Assembly (NCBI RefSeq): GCF_018977255.1 | Contig: NW_024704745.1 | Span: forward strand, 65,472,001-65,536,000 | From: Callorhinchus milii | Lineage: Eukaryota | Direction: 5' to 3' | Length of the DNA stretch: 64,000 nt | Shown here: positions 51,154 to 63,967 of the stretch, piece after piece | How positions within the stretch are numbered: position 1 is the stretch's first letter | How the letters are laid out: the number at the start of each line of letters is the position of its first letter | Translations under genes and position numbers: made by a program | Notes under the pieces: model-generated | The model's database searches: none | Told to the model about the DNA's origin: nothing | What the model saw: only the letters and a program-made list of their open reading frames with translations

Positions 51154-51436
51154 ATAATAATAATAATAATCCTTGCATTTGGTATAGCACTTTTCACGTC
51201 TTCTAGCCGTCCCAAAGCGCTTCACAGAATATACTGTAAAGTGAATTGACTGTATATTTGTGGGCGAACGCGGCAGCCAATTGCGCACAGCAATGTCCCA
51301 CAAACGGTCGTAGATTGAAAATGACCAATTTATTATTGTTTTGTTTTTTGGAGGGATTATTATTAGGTGTGTGGAGTAAGGAAACTTACCCAAGGTTTCC
51401 TTACTCCACACGCCTAATAATAATCCCTCCAAAAAA
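51154..51436 (-). mobile_element. Short-subfamily SINE whose head is replaced by an inverted duplication
   Basis: Normal tail and body 51154-51394, then a 42-bp inverted copy at 51395-51436. Confidence 0.9.
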
Positions 51437-52104
51437 TAATGATGGATTAGATCACAGCAAAATCTGGAAAACTTTGAACATAGGAAAGTTGACCTCTGAC
51501 CGTGTGCAAAATTAACAATAGGAGCATTATTTATTGTAATAACTTGCAAATTTTGACTGATGTAAATTGCATAATGTGTGATGTCAGTAGCGTAGATAGT
51601 AATATCTGGTTTGATAAAACAATGTACAACTCAGAGATATGTGTGTAATAAGGTGAAATATTGCAGTCTCCTGTCTTGTTGGGATCTTCTCTTTTGTGGA
51701 AGTTATATTTATGTCTAACATTATGTGCTTTGAACAGTCCTCAGATAGTTGAACTCTTTCCAGAAATATTCCAGCCATTTCAAAGAACCTCAGTAGTGTG
51801 CACCTAGGAATACATTCAGAATTTTGCATTTTTTTCCACAGAGCTGCAGAAAAATAACTTGCTTGGGGTCAGACTCTGCCAGGATGCAACTCGGTGTGAA
51901 GGGCGCTATATAAATACAAGTTATTGTTCGTATATAGTCCCTTTCACATATGAACATCTTGAACTGTTTTACAAAATGCAACTGATTAGAAATGAAAATA
52001 AATGTAATATAGGAGACAAAAGGGGAATTTAAGTTTCTGGAATTCTCATTCTGTTTAATTGCCGAAAGGAAAACTCAATTGGAGTCATCAAACTGATTAC
52101 TTCT

Positions 52105-52525
52105 AATAATAATCCTTGGATTTCATATAGCACTTTATCAGGTTGAAATGGCTCAAAGCATTTCACAAACACTTAATAAAGTATAGGAGCTGTGTTTTTT
52201 GCAAGTGAATGTTGCATACAGAAAATTGTCACAAAGAGCCATGAAGTGAATGACTAAACCTTTTTATCTGAAGGATTGTTGGCCAGGACACTGGGAGAAA
52301 CTCCTTTCTCTTTTCGAATAGTGTTATGGAATCTTTAACGTTTGAATAAACGGGGAAATGTGGCCTCAATTTAACATCTCAGCTGAAGGACAGCATCTTC
52401 GATAATGCAGCCCTCACTCAGCACTGCGTTGCATTGTAAACTGTGAGCTGAAAGTCCCTTCGTGTGGATTGAACCAACAAACGTCTGATTTGGAGATAAA
52501 AGTGCCATTAACTGACTTAGGCTGA
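52105..52525 (-). mobile_element. Deu-domain SINE
   Basis: gttggccaggacactgggagaaactcc...ttcgaatagtgttatggaatctttaacg...tttaacatctcagctgaaggacagcatc. Confidence 0.82.
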
Positions 52526-52739
52526 GATCTAATAGTTAAAGCAATAATTGCTGGTTGATTTTGCTTGTTGACCACAAAACAGAGACTAGACTTTACAGTA
52601 AATCCTGTGAAGTGCTTCATTCTGATGTGAAAGGTGCTATACCAGATGTCTAGCACTAGATTATTATTATAGGAATAGAGTACCATTTTTCTTTTTTCAC
52701 AATAGATGAGTACATGTATTTGGTACAAAATATTCAACC

Positions 52740-53075
52740 TATAGTCCCTACCTAAGGTAAGGGAAAATAATTCCCATTCCTGTCCAGTGACTTCTGCTGG
52801 AAAGTGGATATCAGAATAATAATAATCTTTTCATTTGATATAGCGCCTTATCATGTCGTTGAGATAAAACCGGACTGGACTATGTTCACTTCCTTAAACG
52901 AATAGTCTGGCAAAACAACAAATTGTGTTTATATAGTGCCTTTCACATCAGTAGGACGTCCCAAGGCGCTGCACTCACTGAAACTCCCTGAATAAGCATT
53001 TGGCTGAGGCACTGGAGGGAGCCTGTGAAACCCACCACAGCATTAGTTAGCAGCTTCAGGAGAGAAGAGAAAATT
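52740..53075 (+). mobile_element. AmnSINE2-like element interrupted by two short antisense tail insertions
   Basis: tccagtgacttctgctggaaagtg | SINE tail | gaatagtctggcaa | L2 tail | cactcactg...cttcaggagagaagagaaaatt. Confidence 0.65.
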
Positions 53076-54119
53076 CAGCCCAAGAGAAACCGACTCTTAA
53101 ATTCAAAGGCATTGATGCTACAGCTGGTGTGAAGCCGAAGCGAATGGACTTGTAAAAGGTGGTCTCACACTGCTTGTCAGCGCCTGTATTAAGCTAGTAA
53201 AACCTGCAGAATTTGTGCTGGTACAACATGGGAAAAACACACCTTGAACCAGGGCAAATTGTTTATATAACTGACCCAATAGCAAACAACCTGCGTTCAA
53301 TCCTGACTGAAGCAGCCAAGGTCAACTCGATCAAAACCTGACAGCCCCGAACAAGCTCAGCTTCATTCTCACTCTTGCTATCTGCCCCCTGTGATCTTCA
53401 GGTGCTTGAGAGCACCTGCGTAGTTTCGACAAGCTGCCGTGAGTTGAATTGGGATGCTTGTTGTGAATGTGAAACGGGAATAGAACTCACAAGCCCTGTG
53501 TTAGTCAGCATTCTAGGAAAGCTCTGAATTTTAATAGGTTAATACTTTATAAAGCGAGAGAGGGGCAGATTGGTGCAATTAGTTGTGAAGATGGTTGGCA
53601 GAGGTTCCAATAAAGAATTCCACAGAGAGAAAAATGCTATGACTGCTGACAACCCATTCCAGATTGTTTCTCCGAGATTGAGCCAAAGAATTTTTAGAGA
53701 GAACAATGTTCTTTATCCACATTTCCGATCTTCAAAGATTATAAGCCTGAATAATGGACAGTGGCTTCTGATTTAAATAATGAGCCTGTGGTTCTTTTTT
53801 TAGACTAAATGCAGTGATGTCCCTTTACAAATGTTCTCGGTTGATACGAATCTTACTGTGTTATATACTGCAATTCTAATCGCTTCTATCTGATTGCGTG
53901 ATTAGTTTTTGATCAACTATTTACTATAGATTATTTAATTAAGTGATTACATTGTTTATCAGGTATGATTAGCTGGTGTGTGATGATCAATTACAGCACA
54001 GAGTGGATAGAACATCTATGGCTCCTTGTAATACTGACATCCACAGGCACATGTGTAGAAAAAAGCCCATGAAGCCAATCTGCTTGACCATATTCCTGAT
54101 TGTGGGACTGCAATTCCAA

Positions 54120-54900
54120 TCAAGAGCTTGCACATGGTTCTTGAAGGGTAAATTCAAAACAAATCTGCTCAAACACTATTTCAGTGAGCGAGTAGTAAAT
54201 ATATGGAACAGGCTCCCGAGGGAGATGGTGGAAGCAAAAAGTGCTGATTCTTTCAAAACAACAACAACAAGATTCCATTTATAGAGCGCCTTTCACGTCG
54301 GGAGGACGTTCCAAGGCGCTGTACAGTTGGGTCAGGATCCGAGCAGGGGGGAAATGGTCAGGGTGAGGGGAGGGAAGGGAGGGAGGGAGCGAGGAGGGGG
54401 TAGAGAGTCAAGAGGGGAGCCGAAGGCACAGTCAAAGAGAAAGGTCTTGAGACCCGCCTTGAAGGAAGAAAGGGAGGAAGCGGCGAAGGCACTGGGGGAT
54501 AGAGTTCCAGCGTCTCGGGGCTAAGAGGCTGAAGGCCCGGCCACCGATGGTAGGGCGGTTGGGGCGGGGGATGTGGAGCAGACCGGAGCCGGAGGAACGG
54601 AGGGTACGGGCAGGTAGGTAGGGTGATAGTAGGTCGGAGAGGTAGGAGGGAGCAAGGCCGTGAATGGCCTTGTAGGTGAGGATGAGCAAATTAGATAGAT
54701 TTCTTTTACAACAACAAGTTTTATTGACATAGCAGCCTTCACGCGGAGTAGTGGCCCAGAGCACTTTTAGGAAATAATATCTTGCCATACAGTATTTAGT
54801 TTGGAACATGACATGTGCATGCGACTGCCAGGATTATGGAAGGCGAACTGGATGAACCTCGGTCTTCTTTCATCCAGCTATTCTTCTGTTCTTATGTAGC
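54120..54900 (+). mobile_element. CR1 3' fragment split by an L2 insertion
   Basis: KGKFKTNLLKHYFSERVVNIWNRLPREMVEA then ttctttcaaa | L2 | caaattagatagatttc. Confidence 0.8.
54257..54686 (-). mobile_element. L2 3' end (young, CpG-rich)
   Basis: LILTYKAIHGLAPSYLSDLLSPYLPARTLRSSGSGLLHIPR..RPTIGGRAFS..AP..WNSIP; (gtt)n tail. Confidence 0.93.
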
Positions 54901-55714
54901 TCTGCTGAGGAAGATCTAGCTGGAGTTTAAGGGAAAATGTGAGTTTCTGAGTTATTTTACACTTTTACAGTGTTAGATTCTTCCAAGCTCCACATCAAAA
55001 GATTTGCTTGGCTGACAAGGTGAAGCACTGGGTATAGAACCCATCCTTGATCTCCGGAGATTAAAGTTTAAACCCAGCCCCAACAAAGTTAATGACCTGT
55101 TTTCACACAGAGGAACCCCACATTGGAGAAAAAACAGGTGCTGGAAACAACATCAATGATCTGGCCACAGATTTATAAACTTAGATTTTCAAAATATCTA
55201 AAATGTTTGGAGTGAAAATGTAATGTGTCGTACAGAATTGATAATTCTCAAATGTATTATCAAATCTGTTATGAAACGTCACATTTTTCCATCTTTTCTA
55301 AACACTATGAAGCCCTCCCCTCGCCCCTCCCTGAATTTTGTTGAGCGAGAAGATTTCAGTTTAATTGTCGTCATTTTTGATTGTCAATCACAGAATTTCA
55401 GGGATGTTTGGTTGGTTGCCTCAATTGATACCCTGTAAAGAGGTGATTAAAGGGAAGCTCTGAGACCAAGAACAAAAATTGGAGGCCGTTTCAGGAATTC
55501 TTCAGATCTAGAAATTGTTCCAAAGTCAGGGGGATTTCACATCTTCACAGTATATGGAAAATGGGATGTTACCTAATACATTTGAGAACGATCAAATCTG
55601 TTGTGAAACATCACATTTTTCACTCTATTAAGCGACTTGGTAAATTGTGTTCAATATAATATCTTTCACTGCAACATTTCTGCATATTGTGCCCAAAATG
55701 TTTTCTATGGACTA

Positions 55715-56060
55715 TAATAATAATAATCCTTGTATTTGCTATAGCATCTTATCACACCATTGAGACCTCCCAAGTTCACTGAATTTATTGTAAAGTGAAT
55801 TGGCTGTGTATATTGTGAGCAAATGTGGCAGCCAATTGCGCACAGCAGCATCCCACAAACAGTTATGGATGAGTGACAATTTTTTTTGAGGGATTATTAC
55901 CACCGGAAAGAATTCTGCCAATCAACTAACAGCCAGGTTGTTACTTAATGCGAGGTAAACAGAAGCTTGTGGAGTAAGGGAACTTCCCCAACCTTTCACC
56001 CTGCCGGGAATTGAAACCAGGTCTTGCGAGGCGAGTGCCATAACCACTGAGCTACAGGAA
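55715..56060 (-). mobile_element. tRNA-derived SINE (long subfamily)
   Basis: (aat)n tail, body, aggtaaacagaagcttgtggagtaag, head taaccactgagctacagga. Confidence 0.88.
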
Positions 56061-56319
56061 CTACAAGATGTCTGCCAGCTGACTTTTGATTGATGGTATC
56101 CTGGACAGGCAAGTTACTGCATGAGTCACGATGATAACCGTTGCTCTCTGATCAAGTTCTGTTGATTTTACAATCTGTTCACTCCATAGCTGAGGTTATA
56201 TTCTTGCACATGATAATGACATTGGAGCTAAGGACAGTAGCATGATAACTACAATCAAAAATTGCTACTTTAAATTGTCTCTTGTGAACTAACTGGAGTA
56301 GAACATTCTCAGAGAATTG

Positions 56320-56885
56320 GGATACTTTTAAGGCCAGCCTCCTTCTGATTCCACTTACTCAATCATGCCATCTTGAAGGTGACATATTTGGCAACAGAAT
56401 GTCAGAATCGAGCCAGCCCTCTGAAGGGTTCTCGGTAGTCCGGTTCTTGAGTCAGGCAGGTACGCAGTACTTCAGGCACTGCTGATAACAGTACAGCCAA
56501 CCTGGCTCATTGGCAGGGCAGACCAGTCACTCCGGGCAGGGAGTCATCCCACTCAGCTCCTGTTAACCCTGCAAGCCAAAGCCCTAATGGGTAGGGTGGT
56601 CCTAGCTGGCAAGCAGCAGGAAAGCTTGCCAAACAGCAATATCAATGGCTATGTGGTTTTAGCTGGTTAGACTCCAGTAGTACCCCAGCGCGCACACAAG
56701 CATCGGCTCTTGCAAACCTGCACCTAATACTTTCCAGAATTACTTAAGCAGGATGCGTCCTTCCAGGGAGAGAGTGCACATTCCATTCCAACACTGTATC
56801 TCTGTGATTTCCATGTTAAGGTGGGATGCATGCAATTCTCAGTTTGGTTGTGGTAATGGGTTTCTGGGTCTGTCAGCCACCCAGA
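56320..56885 (-). repeat. Unclassified repeat, copy 5 (full length)
   Basis: Reverse complement is collinear with 1225-1795 end to end (cccattacca... to ...gccttaaaagtatc). Confidence 0.8.
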
Positions 56886-57724
56886 TGTGAAAAAAAAATT
56901 ATGGCATTTGGCCCTGAAACCAAGGCTAGAACACACTTACTGGTATTGCTGTTTTGTACACTATAAAACACTACAAGGTGTAACCAGGCACCGCCATCAA
57001 AAGGATAAATGTCCATGGAAGTTGATTCCTGACCCTTATTGATTTCAGTCAATTGCCCAAAACTGCAATGTGTCGGAAATCTCAGCTCTGAAAAAGAAAA
57101 TGACTGGAGGTTTCAGAGGTAGGAGGACGTAAATTAGATTCTAGACTGCAGGATTCAATGCCTGGAACTTAGAAGTTTCCTCCTTTTAAATGGGTCAAAG
57201 CTTTTTTTTAATCATGCAGACTGATTTTTTCCAACTCTTTCAGTGAGAATTTTTTTCCACTAGTAAAATCCCAAGCATTTTATTAATATTTTGAGGTTAG
57301 CCCAGATGGCTGCTTTAATGTGTGATTTTTATCCTCCAAGTATGACAATTCTTCATGGCTTTGATGTTTTTGAGCAGAGCATAACTTGGATATTCCTCTG
57401 ACAATATTCCTCCGGTTTATTCTTAGAAGAGATAGAAAAAAAATGAGGAATTTAGTTTCCAGTCACAGGCAGCCAAACCAGCTTCTTAAGTTGTTGCAAA
57501 TTGTATTTTTTAAAGGATGTAAGAATGTTCTAAAATAAAATTCAAAGGAATTGACCCCTTTAACAACAACAAACAAATTCATTTTCTATTTGGCTGCCTC
57601 ATTGCATTGTAATGCCCTGCCATAGCACAATCTATTCTATTAGGTAGTGTTTACTGGTGCAAGTGATTGTACTCCGATGATATTGGCACATGTCAAGACA
57701 TTGTTTGCAAATACGCCAAGCTAG

Positions 57725-57960
57725 CAGAGGAAGAGAGTACATGTTCAAGGTTGCAAAGGACAATTTCAGGACAGACAGCAGACAATATTTCTTCACACGA
57801 AGAGTAATTGATGACTGGAGCGGGTTGTCAGGAATGGTGATCGATGTCAACATGCTCGACTCATTTAAGAAATGGCTTGATGCTCTAATGGGAGGACAGT
57901 AAATTAGATATTCTGGATTGATCAGATTAAATAGGCTGAAAGGCCTTTATCCAATTAAAT
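57725..57960 (+). mobile_element. CR1 3' fragment
   Basis: RGREYMFKVAKDNFRTDSRQYFFTRRVIDDWSGL....VN.LDSFKKWLD (ORF 57690..57902). Confidence 0.85.
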
Positions 57961-58067
57961 GTGCCCTAGTAGTTCACATACATTTGCACAAGATGAAGGA
58001 ATTTGCCTTCTGAGAGGTAGGAATCAACAGTGGTTCGCAATAAGACACCGGATCTAATACTACCACT

Positions 58068-58435
58068 AATAATAATCCTTGCATTTGATATAGTATTTTT
58101 TATGTCTTCTAGATATCTCAAAGCGCTGCACAGAATATGCTGTAAAGTGAATTGACTGTATATTTGTGGGCGAAACGCGGCAGCCAATTGCGCACAGCAG
58201 TGTCCCACAAACAGTCGTGAATTGAGTGACCAAATTTTTTTTTGTTTTGTTTGAGGATTATTATCCCCAGAAAAGCGATCCACCAATTGACTAACCGCCA
58301 GGTTCCTACTTACTACTAGGTAAACAGAGGCGTGTGGAGTAAGGAAACTTGCCCAACATTTCGCCCTGCTGGGAATAGAACACAGGTCTCTCACTTGCGA
58401 GGCAAGTGCTCTAACCACTGAGCTACAGTACTCCA
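58068..58435 (-). mobile_element. tRNA-derived SINE (long subfamily), full length
   Basis: Head tggagtactgtagctcagtgg, anticodon loop ctCGCaa, long internal segment, (att)n tail. Confidence 0.93.
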
Positions 58436-58639
58436 CAATATACTAACATTAGGTGGGAAAATATTCCACTCCCAGCAGCAGCACCTTCCATTTTCATGTT
58501 AATATATTTGCTGATGGTATATACACATGGGAGAGGAGGGTATAGAAGTGTATGGAAAGAAGAAAGGAATGGATGGAGACTCGTGTGGAAAATAAACACC
58601 GGCATGCACTGTTGGGCCGAATGTTCTGTTTCATTCATG

Positions 58640-58922
58640 TCCTTGTCCTTTGGATGAGACTTTAAACTGAGGTCCTGTCTGCCTGTTCATGTGGATGCTA
58701 AAGATCCCATGGCACTATTCGAAAAGAGAAGGGAGTTTCTCCCAGAGTCCTGGCCAACAATCTCCCAAATAAAATTTGTTATGCACTGCATGGCTGTTTG
58801 TGGGACATTACTGTGTGCAAATTGGCTGGCATGTTTCTGCACTTTACAGTGTATCCTGTGAAGCACTTTGAGACATGCTACCATCCTGAAAGGTGCTATA
58901 CCTTAAGGATTAAGGATTATTA
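58640..58922 (+). mobile_element. Deu-domain SINE
   Basis: ctttggatgagactttaaactgagg...aaagatcccatggcactattcgaaaagagaagggagtttctcccagagtcctggccaaca. Confidence 0.85.
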
Positions 58923-59058
58923 ATATTTAAATCAATGTAAACGTAATGGTGCAACATATTGGAGGAAGTTTGTGGCCAGAATGCCTAGTGTTGCCAAGAG
59001 ATCTTTCAGTGCAAGTTTTCTGAGGTGAAAGGTTTGTTTTTTGAGGCAGGTTATACCT

Positions 59059-59724
59059 AAGGACCATTAAAGTCATTTTTTTAACCAATTTTTACAAATA
59101 AATACCCGCATTTCGTAGTGAATATCAATCGGTAAAAAAAATATTTTTCTCCAAATTTGATCCGGAAAACCTCAGTTAATTTTTTTTCAGTGGAGTTCAA
59201 TGCATCAGTTTTGGGGTAATCTCCTGCGATTTAAGTGTCTACACTACTTTCCCGCACATATATACAATGGAATTTTTCTCGGGCAAAAAAGTAAACCTAT
59301 ACTTTATTTCGCCCAAAGTAAAGATGAAGCTAAAACAATACATAGAAGAGTCAGAAAATTAAAGAGAGAGAGGAAAAGTCACAGTGTGGCAGAGAGAGAA
59401 GGACTGGCACAGTGTGGTACAATGATTACATTATAATTCTTGAGAGAACAACATTTTAGGTGCGGCAGTAGCCAATTTGTATTTTGCTTAATATGTTCTT
59501 AACTACACTGTCTGCTTATCCACAATGGAGCTGGTCCCAATTAATGCAGGAAATCAGGCTTTCTACTGTATTGATAATTATATTCAACAATAAAGCAACT
59601 GTTTTGTTTGATTTCCTATGTCCCTAAAATAATTCCTGATTTTTAGTGAACTCATCCAGGAAATTTTGGGGGAAATTTCTTCCCTCTGATTTTCCCCCGT
59701 AAAAAAATGACTTTAATGGTCCTT
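59059..59724. mobile_element. Non-autonomous DNA transposon with terminal inverted repeats (possibly Kolobok-type)
   Basis: aaggaccattaaagtcattttttt (59059-59082) and aaaaaaatgactttaatggtcctt (59701-59724) are a perfect 24-bp inverted pair; superfamily assignment is inference. Confidence 0.75.
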
Positions 59725-60469
59725 GCAAAAATAGACCCCAAAAAACAAAACCCCTGTGATTTTTTGTGCATAAGAAACACAAATATGGTCCTTCAGTTCT
59801 GACTTTGGCAGCACAAACTTTGAGAGTGTTTTCTTGTCTGATGCAAAATGTTTTGACTGTTTTTATTAAACCTCTAATAAAAACAATTCACCCTTAGCCC
59901 CAAAGGTGAGTGTCATTGTGTTGCTCGTTGTATTAATGCAGCTTCTGTTCACAAGCATGACTTACATGTGACATTACTACGGCAACCAGATTTCTTAAAG
60001 ACTGAACAAGGAAAAAAAACTAGGAAAAAATCTAAAAGACTTGTGAGGAAAAGTTCTACCAAATGTTGATACATAAATAGGAAATGTTTAAAGAGCTGGG
60101 GTTTGCTTTTGTACCGGCGGGTTATTATTGCAAGAATTAGCAGTTTCGAACACCCTTTAGAGGGAAGACATCAGGCTTCGCTGCTCCAGCAGAATTTTGT
60201 CAAATATTTTATAATAAAATCTTGGGCAGAGAAGCAGTAGAAACAGGAAGCAGCCTGCTACCTCACACAGAGATTACAAGTGCACATTCAAATCCTAGCA
60301 AATGCCTTTGGCCATCACAACATCACTATTGAAGTGTAGTTTCTTGGGGTGAACATTCTAAACTAAAAACTGCAGCCAATATACTCAATTATTGGATGAG
60401 CTATAATTTAAAAGTTTTTAAAGTGTTTTTGTGAAATATTTTCTCTTTTGTTTTCTTGTAAGAGAAATA

Positions 60470-61010
60470 CAGGTGAAAAGGGCACTTTTGCTCATTTGAT
60501 TTCATCCCTCTAGAATAACCACACCTCATTGCAGTATCTAGCTGCTTCTTAAATGAGTCCAGTGTTCTCGCATCCAACAGCCTTCCTGGTAACTCATTCT
60601 AACTGGGTTGGGACGTCCTGACGTGAAAGGCGCTATACAAATGCAATTTTGTTGTTTTTACCACCTGGCAGGGAATTCCACATACTAGCAGCTGTCTGTG
60701 TAAAGAAATTTCCCTTCACCAATTATCTTAAATTGATGCACTCTAGTTACTGATAGAGAGTGCAGTAACTCTCTATGCAGTACTGATGCAGACCTTTATC
60801 AGTTTCCTTTCAGGCTCCTTTGGTACAGTGAAAATAAACCCTCTCATCTCTGTTCATGCATTAAACCCCTCATCTCCAGCATCATCATAGAAAATTTCCT
60901 CTGCAACCTTTCTATGGCACTGACATCCTTCCAAAAATGGGGTGTGACCAAAACTGGACTAAGTGTCATCTAACAAATGCTTTGTACATGTTAAGCATCA
61001 CCTCTATCCA
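60470..61010 (-). mobile_element. Old CR1 fragment with a short nested L2 tail (~60605-60656)
   Basis: tatctagctgcttcttaaatg...gtgtaaagaaatttccc...ctctgcaacctttctatggc..gacatccttcc...gaccaaaactggac. Confidence 0.7.
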
Positions 61011-61754
61011 TCTATTGAGAACAACCTAAGATCCCATCCCATTAGCTCTCTTTCCAGCTCGGTGCCAAATCACACTGATAACTGTTAAGTGCTCCGATGT
61101 GAAGGGCTATATAAATGCAAGTTGTCCATCCGCCTTCTCACCTTTAAATATCATATACATTAACTGCTGGGTCTCTCTACTCAGCTGCAAAACTATGTTA
61201 CCATTTTTGCACATGATGGGGGAATGTTGAGCGTCTGCGACAGTAGAATCATGGGGAAATAGGCAGCTTCATTGCAGTTGAGCAAGTCAGCTGAATGATG
61301 TTACTAATAGCAAGTAGAATCTTATCCAGTAAGTCTAGAAATTGACGTCTGAAAAGTTGACTGAATGGTTTATAACCTTTAGAGAAGAAATTAATCCAAG
61401 TGGATAAATGAACACATTTGCACAGATTTAAGGGAAGTTTCATCTGAAACATCCTCAATTCAACAATAAGGAGATAATGATCATAGCAAGGTCTGCCTGG
61501 CAGGAATATTACGATAACTGACAATGTGAATGAGAGAGGAGGGTAATTTGCTGTTGTAGCTTCTCTGATGCTTAAAGGGATAAAGTTATTAGGAGCTCTG
61601 AGAAGTTGCTCAATCATGGCACTTAGAGTTTCTCTTCTGAGCTGAGCCATAAATCCAGCCACTGAGCTACGAGATCTATATCTGGACACATATACTTTTC
61701 TGGTTATTGGGCAGTTTATAATTCAGAGAGATTCTATATTTCTTTATAATATTA

Positions 61755-62150
61755 CTTTTGCATTTGATACAGATTTGATACAGTGCCTTGTCAGGTTGAA
61801 ACATCTCAAAGCACTTCAGAGTTTTCTGTAAAATGTGTATATATGTGTAGGCGAATATGGCAGCCAATTTGACCACAAAAAGTCATGAAGTCCATTTTTT
61901 TATTTGGGAGATTGTCTAGGATATTGCGAGAAATTCCCTTCTCTTTTTAAATAGTACGTGGGATCTTTAATGTCCTGTTTACTGAACGGGCAGATGGGAC
62001 CTCGATTTAACATCTCACCTGAAGGATGACATCGCTGACACTGCAGACAGTGCTGCTCTCCTCCAATACCGGTCTACAGTGTCAGCCTAGACTATCTGTG
62101 CAAAGTCCTGAACTCACAACTACCTGATGCAGAGGTGAGATTGTCTGAGT
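61755..62150 (-). mobile_element. Deu-domain SINE
   Basis: tgggatctttaatgtcc...cagatgggacctcgatttaacatctcacctgaaggatgacatc...gtgtcagcctag. Confidence 0.8.
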
Positions 62151-62220
62151 TCTGTACAACTTGCTCAAATATTTGGAGTTTGAAATCTATTTTTTCACTC
62201 TTGATCTCTGTTCAATTCTG

Positions 62221-62537
62221 TGGAGTCCTGTAGCTCAGTGGTTAGAGCACTCGCTTTGCAAGCGAGAGACTTGAGTTCATTTCCAGGCAGGGCGAAACCT
62301 TGGGCAAGTTTTCTTACTCCACACGCCTAATAATAATCCCTCCAAAAAACCAAAACAATAATAAATTGGTCATTTTCAATCCACGACTGTCTGTGGGACA
62401 CTGCTGTGCGCAATTGGCTGCCACGTTCGCCCACAAATATACAATCAATTCACTTTACAGTGTGTTCTGTGAAGCGCTTTTGGACGTCCTCCCGACATGA
62501 AAAGCGCTATATCAAATGCAAGGATTATTATTATTAT
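62221..62537 (+). mobile_element. tRNA-Ala-derived SINE (short subfamily), full length
   Basis: tggagtcctgtagctcagtggttagagcactcgctttgcaagcgagag...gaagcgcttttggacgtcctcccgacatgaaaagcgctatatcaaatgcaagg(att)n. Confidence 0.95.
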
Positions 62538-63967
62538 AGAGCCCCATGATATGATTTATTATTAGTGATTTGCTACTACAAATAGAATCTCTAGATTAGT
62601 GATCACTGACCACAGTTCTTCATCCTGGCAACAGTTTCATGACATTTACCAACTGTCCATGTGTTTTCTGGTTTCAAGGTCTGTCTTTAGAGTCAGTTGA
62701 GAGTATTTGTTTTTCTTACTTCTGCAGTTTCCCAGTATTACCGTCCTAAATAATCTGATCTCTACTGTTTTCCAGTTATCTGAACTCATCCTTTCATCCT
62801 TTCTTTTGTCGTAAAGGAAATCTAGCTCCTAATGAAGAGAGACTTTTAAATAACAACTGAGGTTACCAGAGTTTGTTAATGGATGTTTTTACTTCACCAC
62901 CCTCCAGGCAAGTCTGACCTTCAGAATTATTGTGCTTTGCTCATGTGTATTTTTTTTATGGTTTGGTGTTTTATCGTCTGTCATGGTCGGTAGTTTTTAT
63001 TTTGGCTCGCACAGATTTTTAACCAGATTATATATTTTTTCTTCAAGCAAAAATGCTTGAAGTCATCATTCCTGATCCATTAAAATGTTGAAACTCCATT
63101 GCACGTCTCAGAAAACACTTTTCCCATTCAAGCATTAATGAGTAGTACGTGTACCGAACTGTGGTGCTCCTGATCACCACAATGCATCTAAAGTTTATTT
63201 GCGGGGCAGAAATGTAAACATTTCAGAGATTTACAAATGTACGTGAAGAAACCAATTAAAAAGCTAATGCACACTATGATTCAAAAGCCTATAACCCCTC
63301 AAGCCATCTATACTGTACCAATAAAAGGCCAAACAAGTGTAGCATAGCCGTAAATATTCAATTTGTTCAGTTTATGTCTTTCAGCAGCATAAAAAGATTT
63401 ATCTGGAGATTTCTTAACATAGCAGATTTAATTGCAACATTTTTTAAACAAAAAATTTTGTACAATAAATGCAAAACATTGAAATTGGATAAGGAATTTG
63501 TAAACTTGGTTCAATCTGTGCACAAAATACAGCCCTTGTTTGAATATTTTAATAACTTTATTCCTTTCAACATCAGATAACAACAAGCTGCCTTGACACT
63601 CTCACACTTTCAGATGTGAATTGAATTTCATAATTCCATGCATTAATAATAAACTGCAGTAAATATTACATATGTGATTGGGTAATGTCACTAAGAATGA
63701 CAACAGTATATTTTCTCACGTAAAGATTTGGAAAAGACAACTTGTTGTTTGTATTTAAAGCAACACTCGTCCACCAATCAGATATATCCTATTCTCAGAG
63801 CACTTTCACAACATTGGCATCATTTGCTACACTAAGGTAGCTTTTGGATAAAAGAGAAATAAATAACTTGTACTTTATGAGTGCCGTTAACATCAAAATT
63901 GTTATTGCGTGTAGTAATCTTTCTTTTTTGGCAAATATGGCAGTTTTCTGCATACAACAGAGTCTGA

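Noticed and set aside
55010-55085. Possible LF-SINE-like or other SINE head remnant
   Set aside because: Too short and diverged to assign.
62221-62295. tRNA-Ala-like sequences (also 16970, 20975-21044, 26905-26976, 48570-48634, 58365-58435)
   Set aside because: Each continues directly into a SINE body and tail and has a degenerate T-arm/acceptor stem; these are SINE heads, not tRNA genes.
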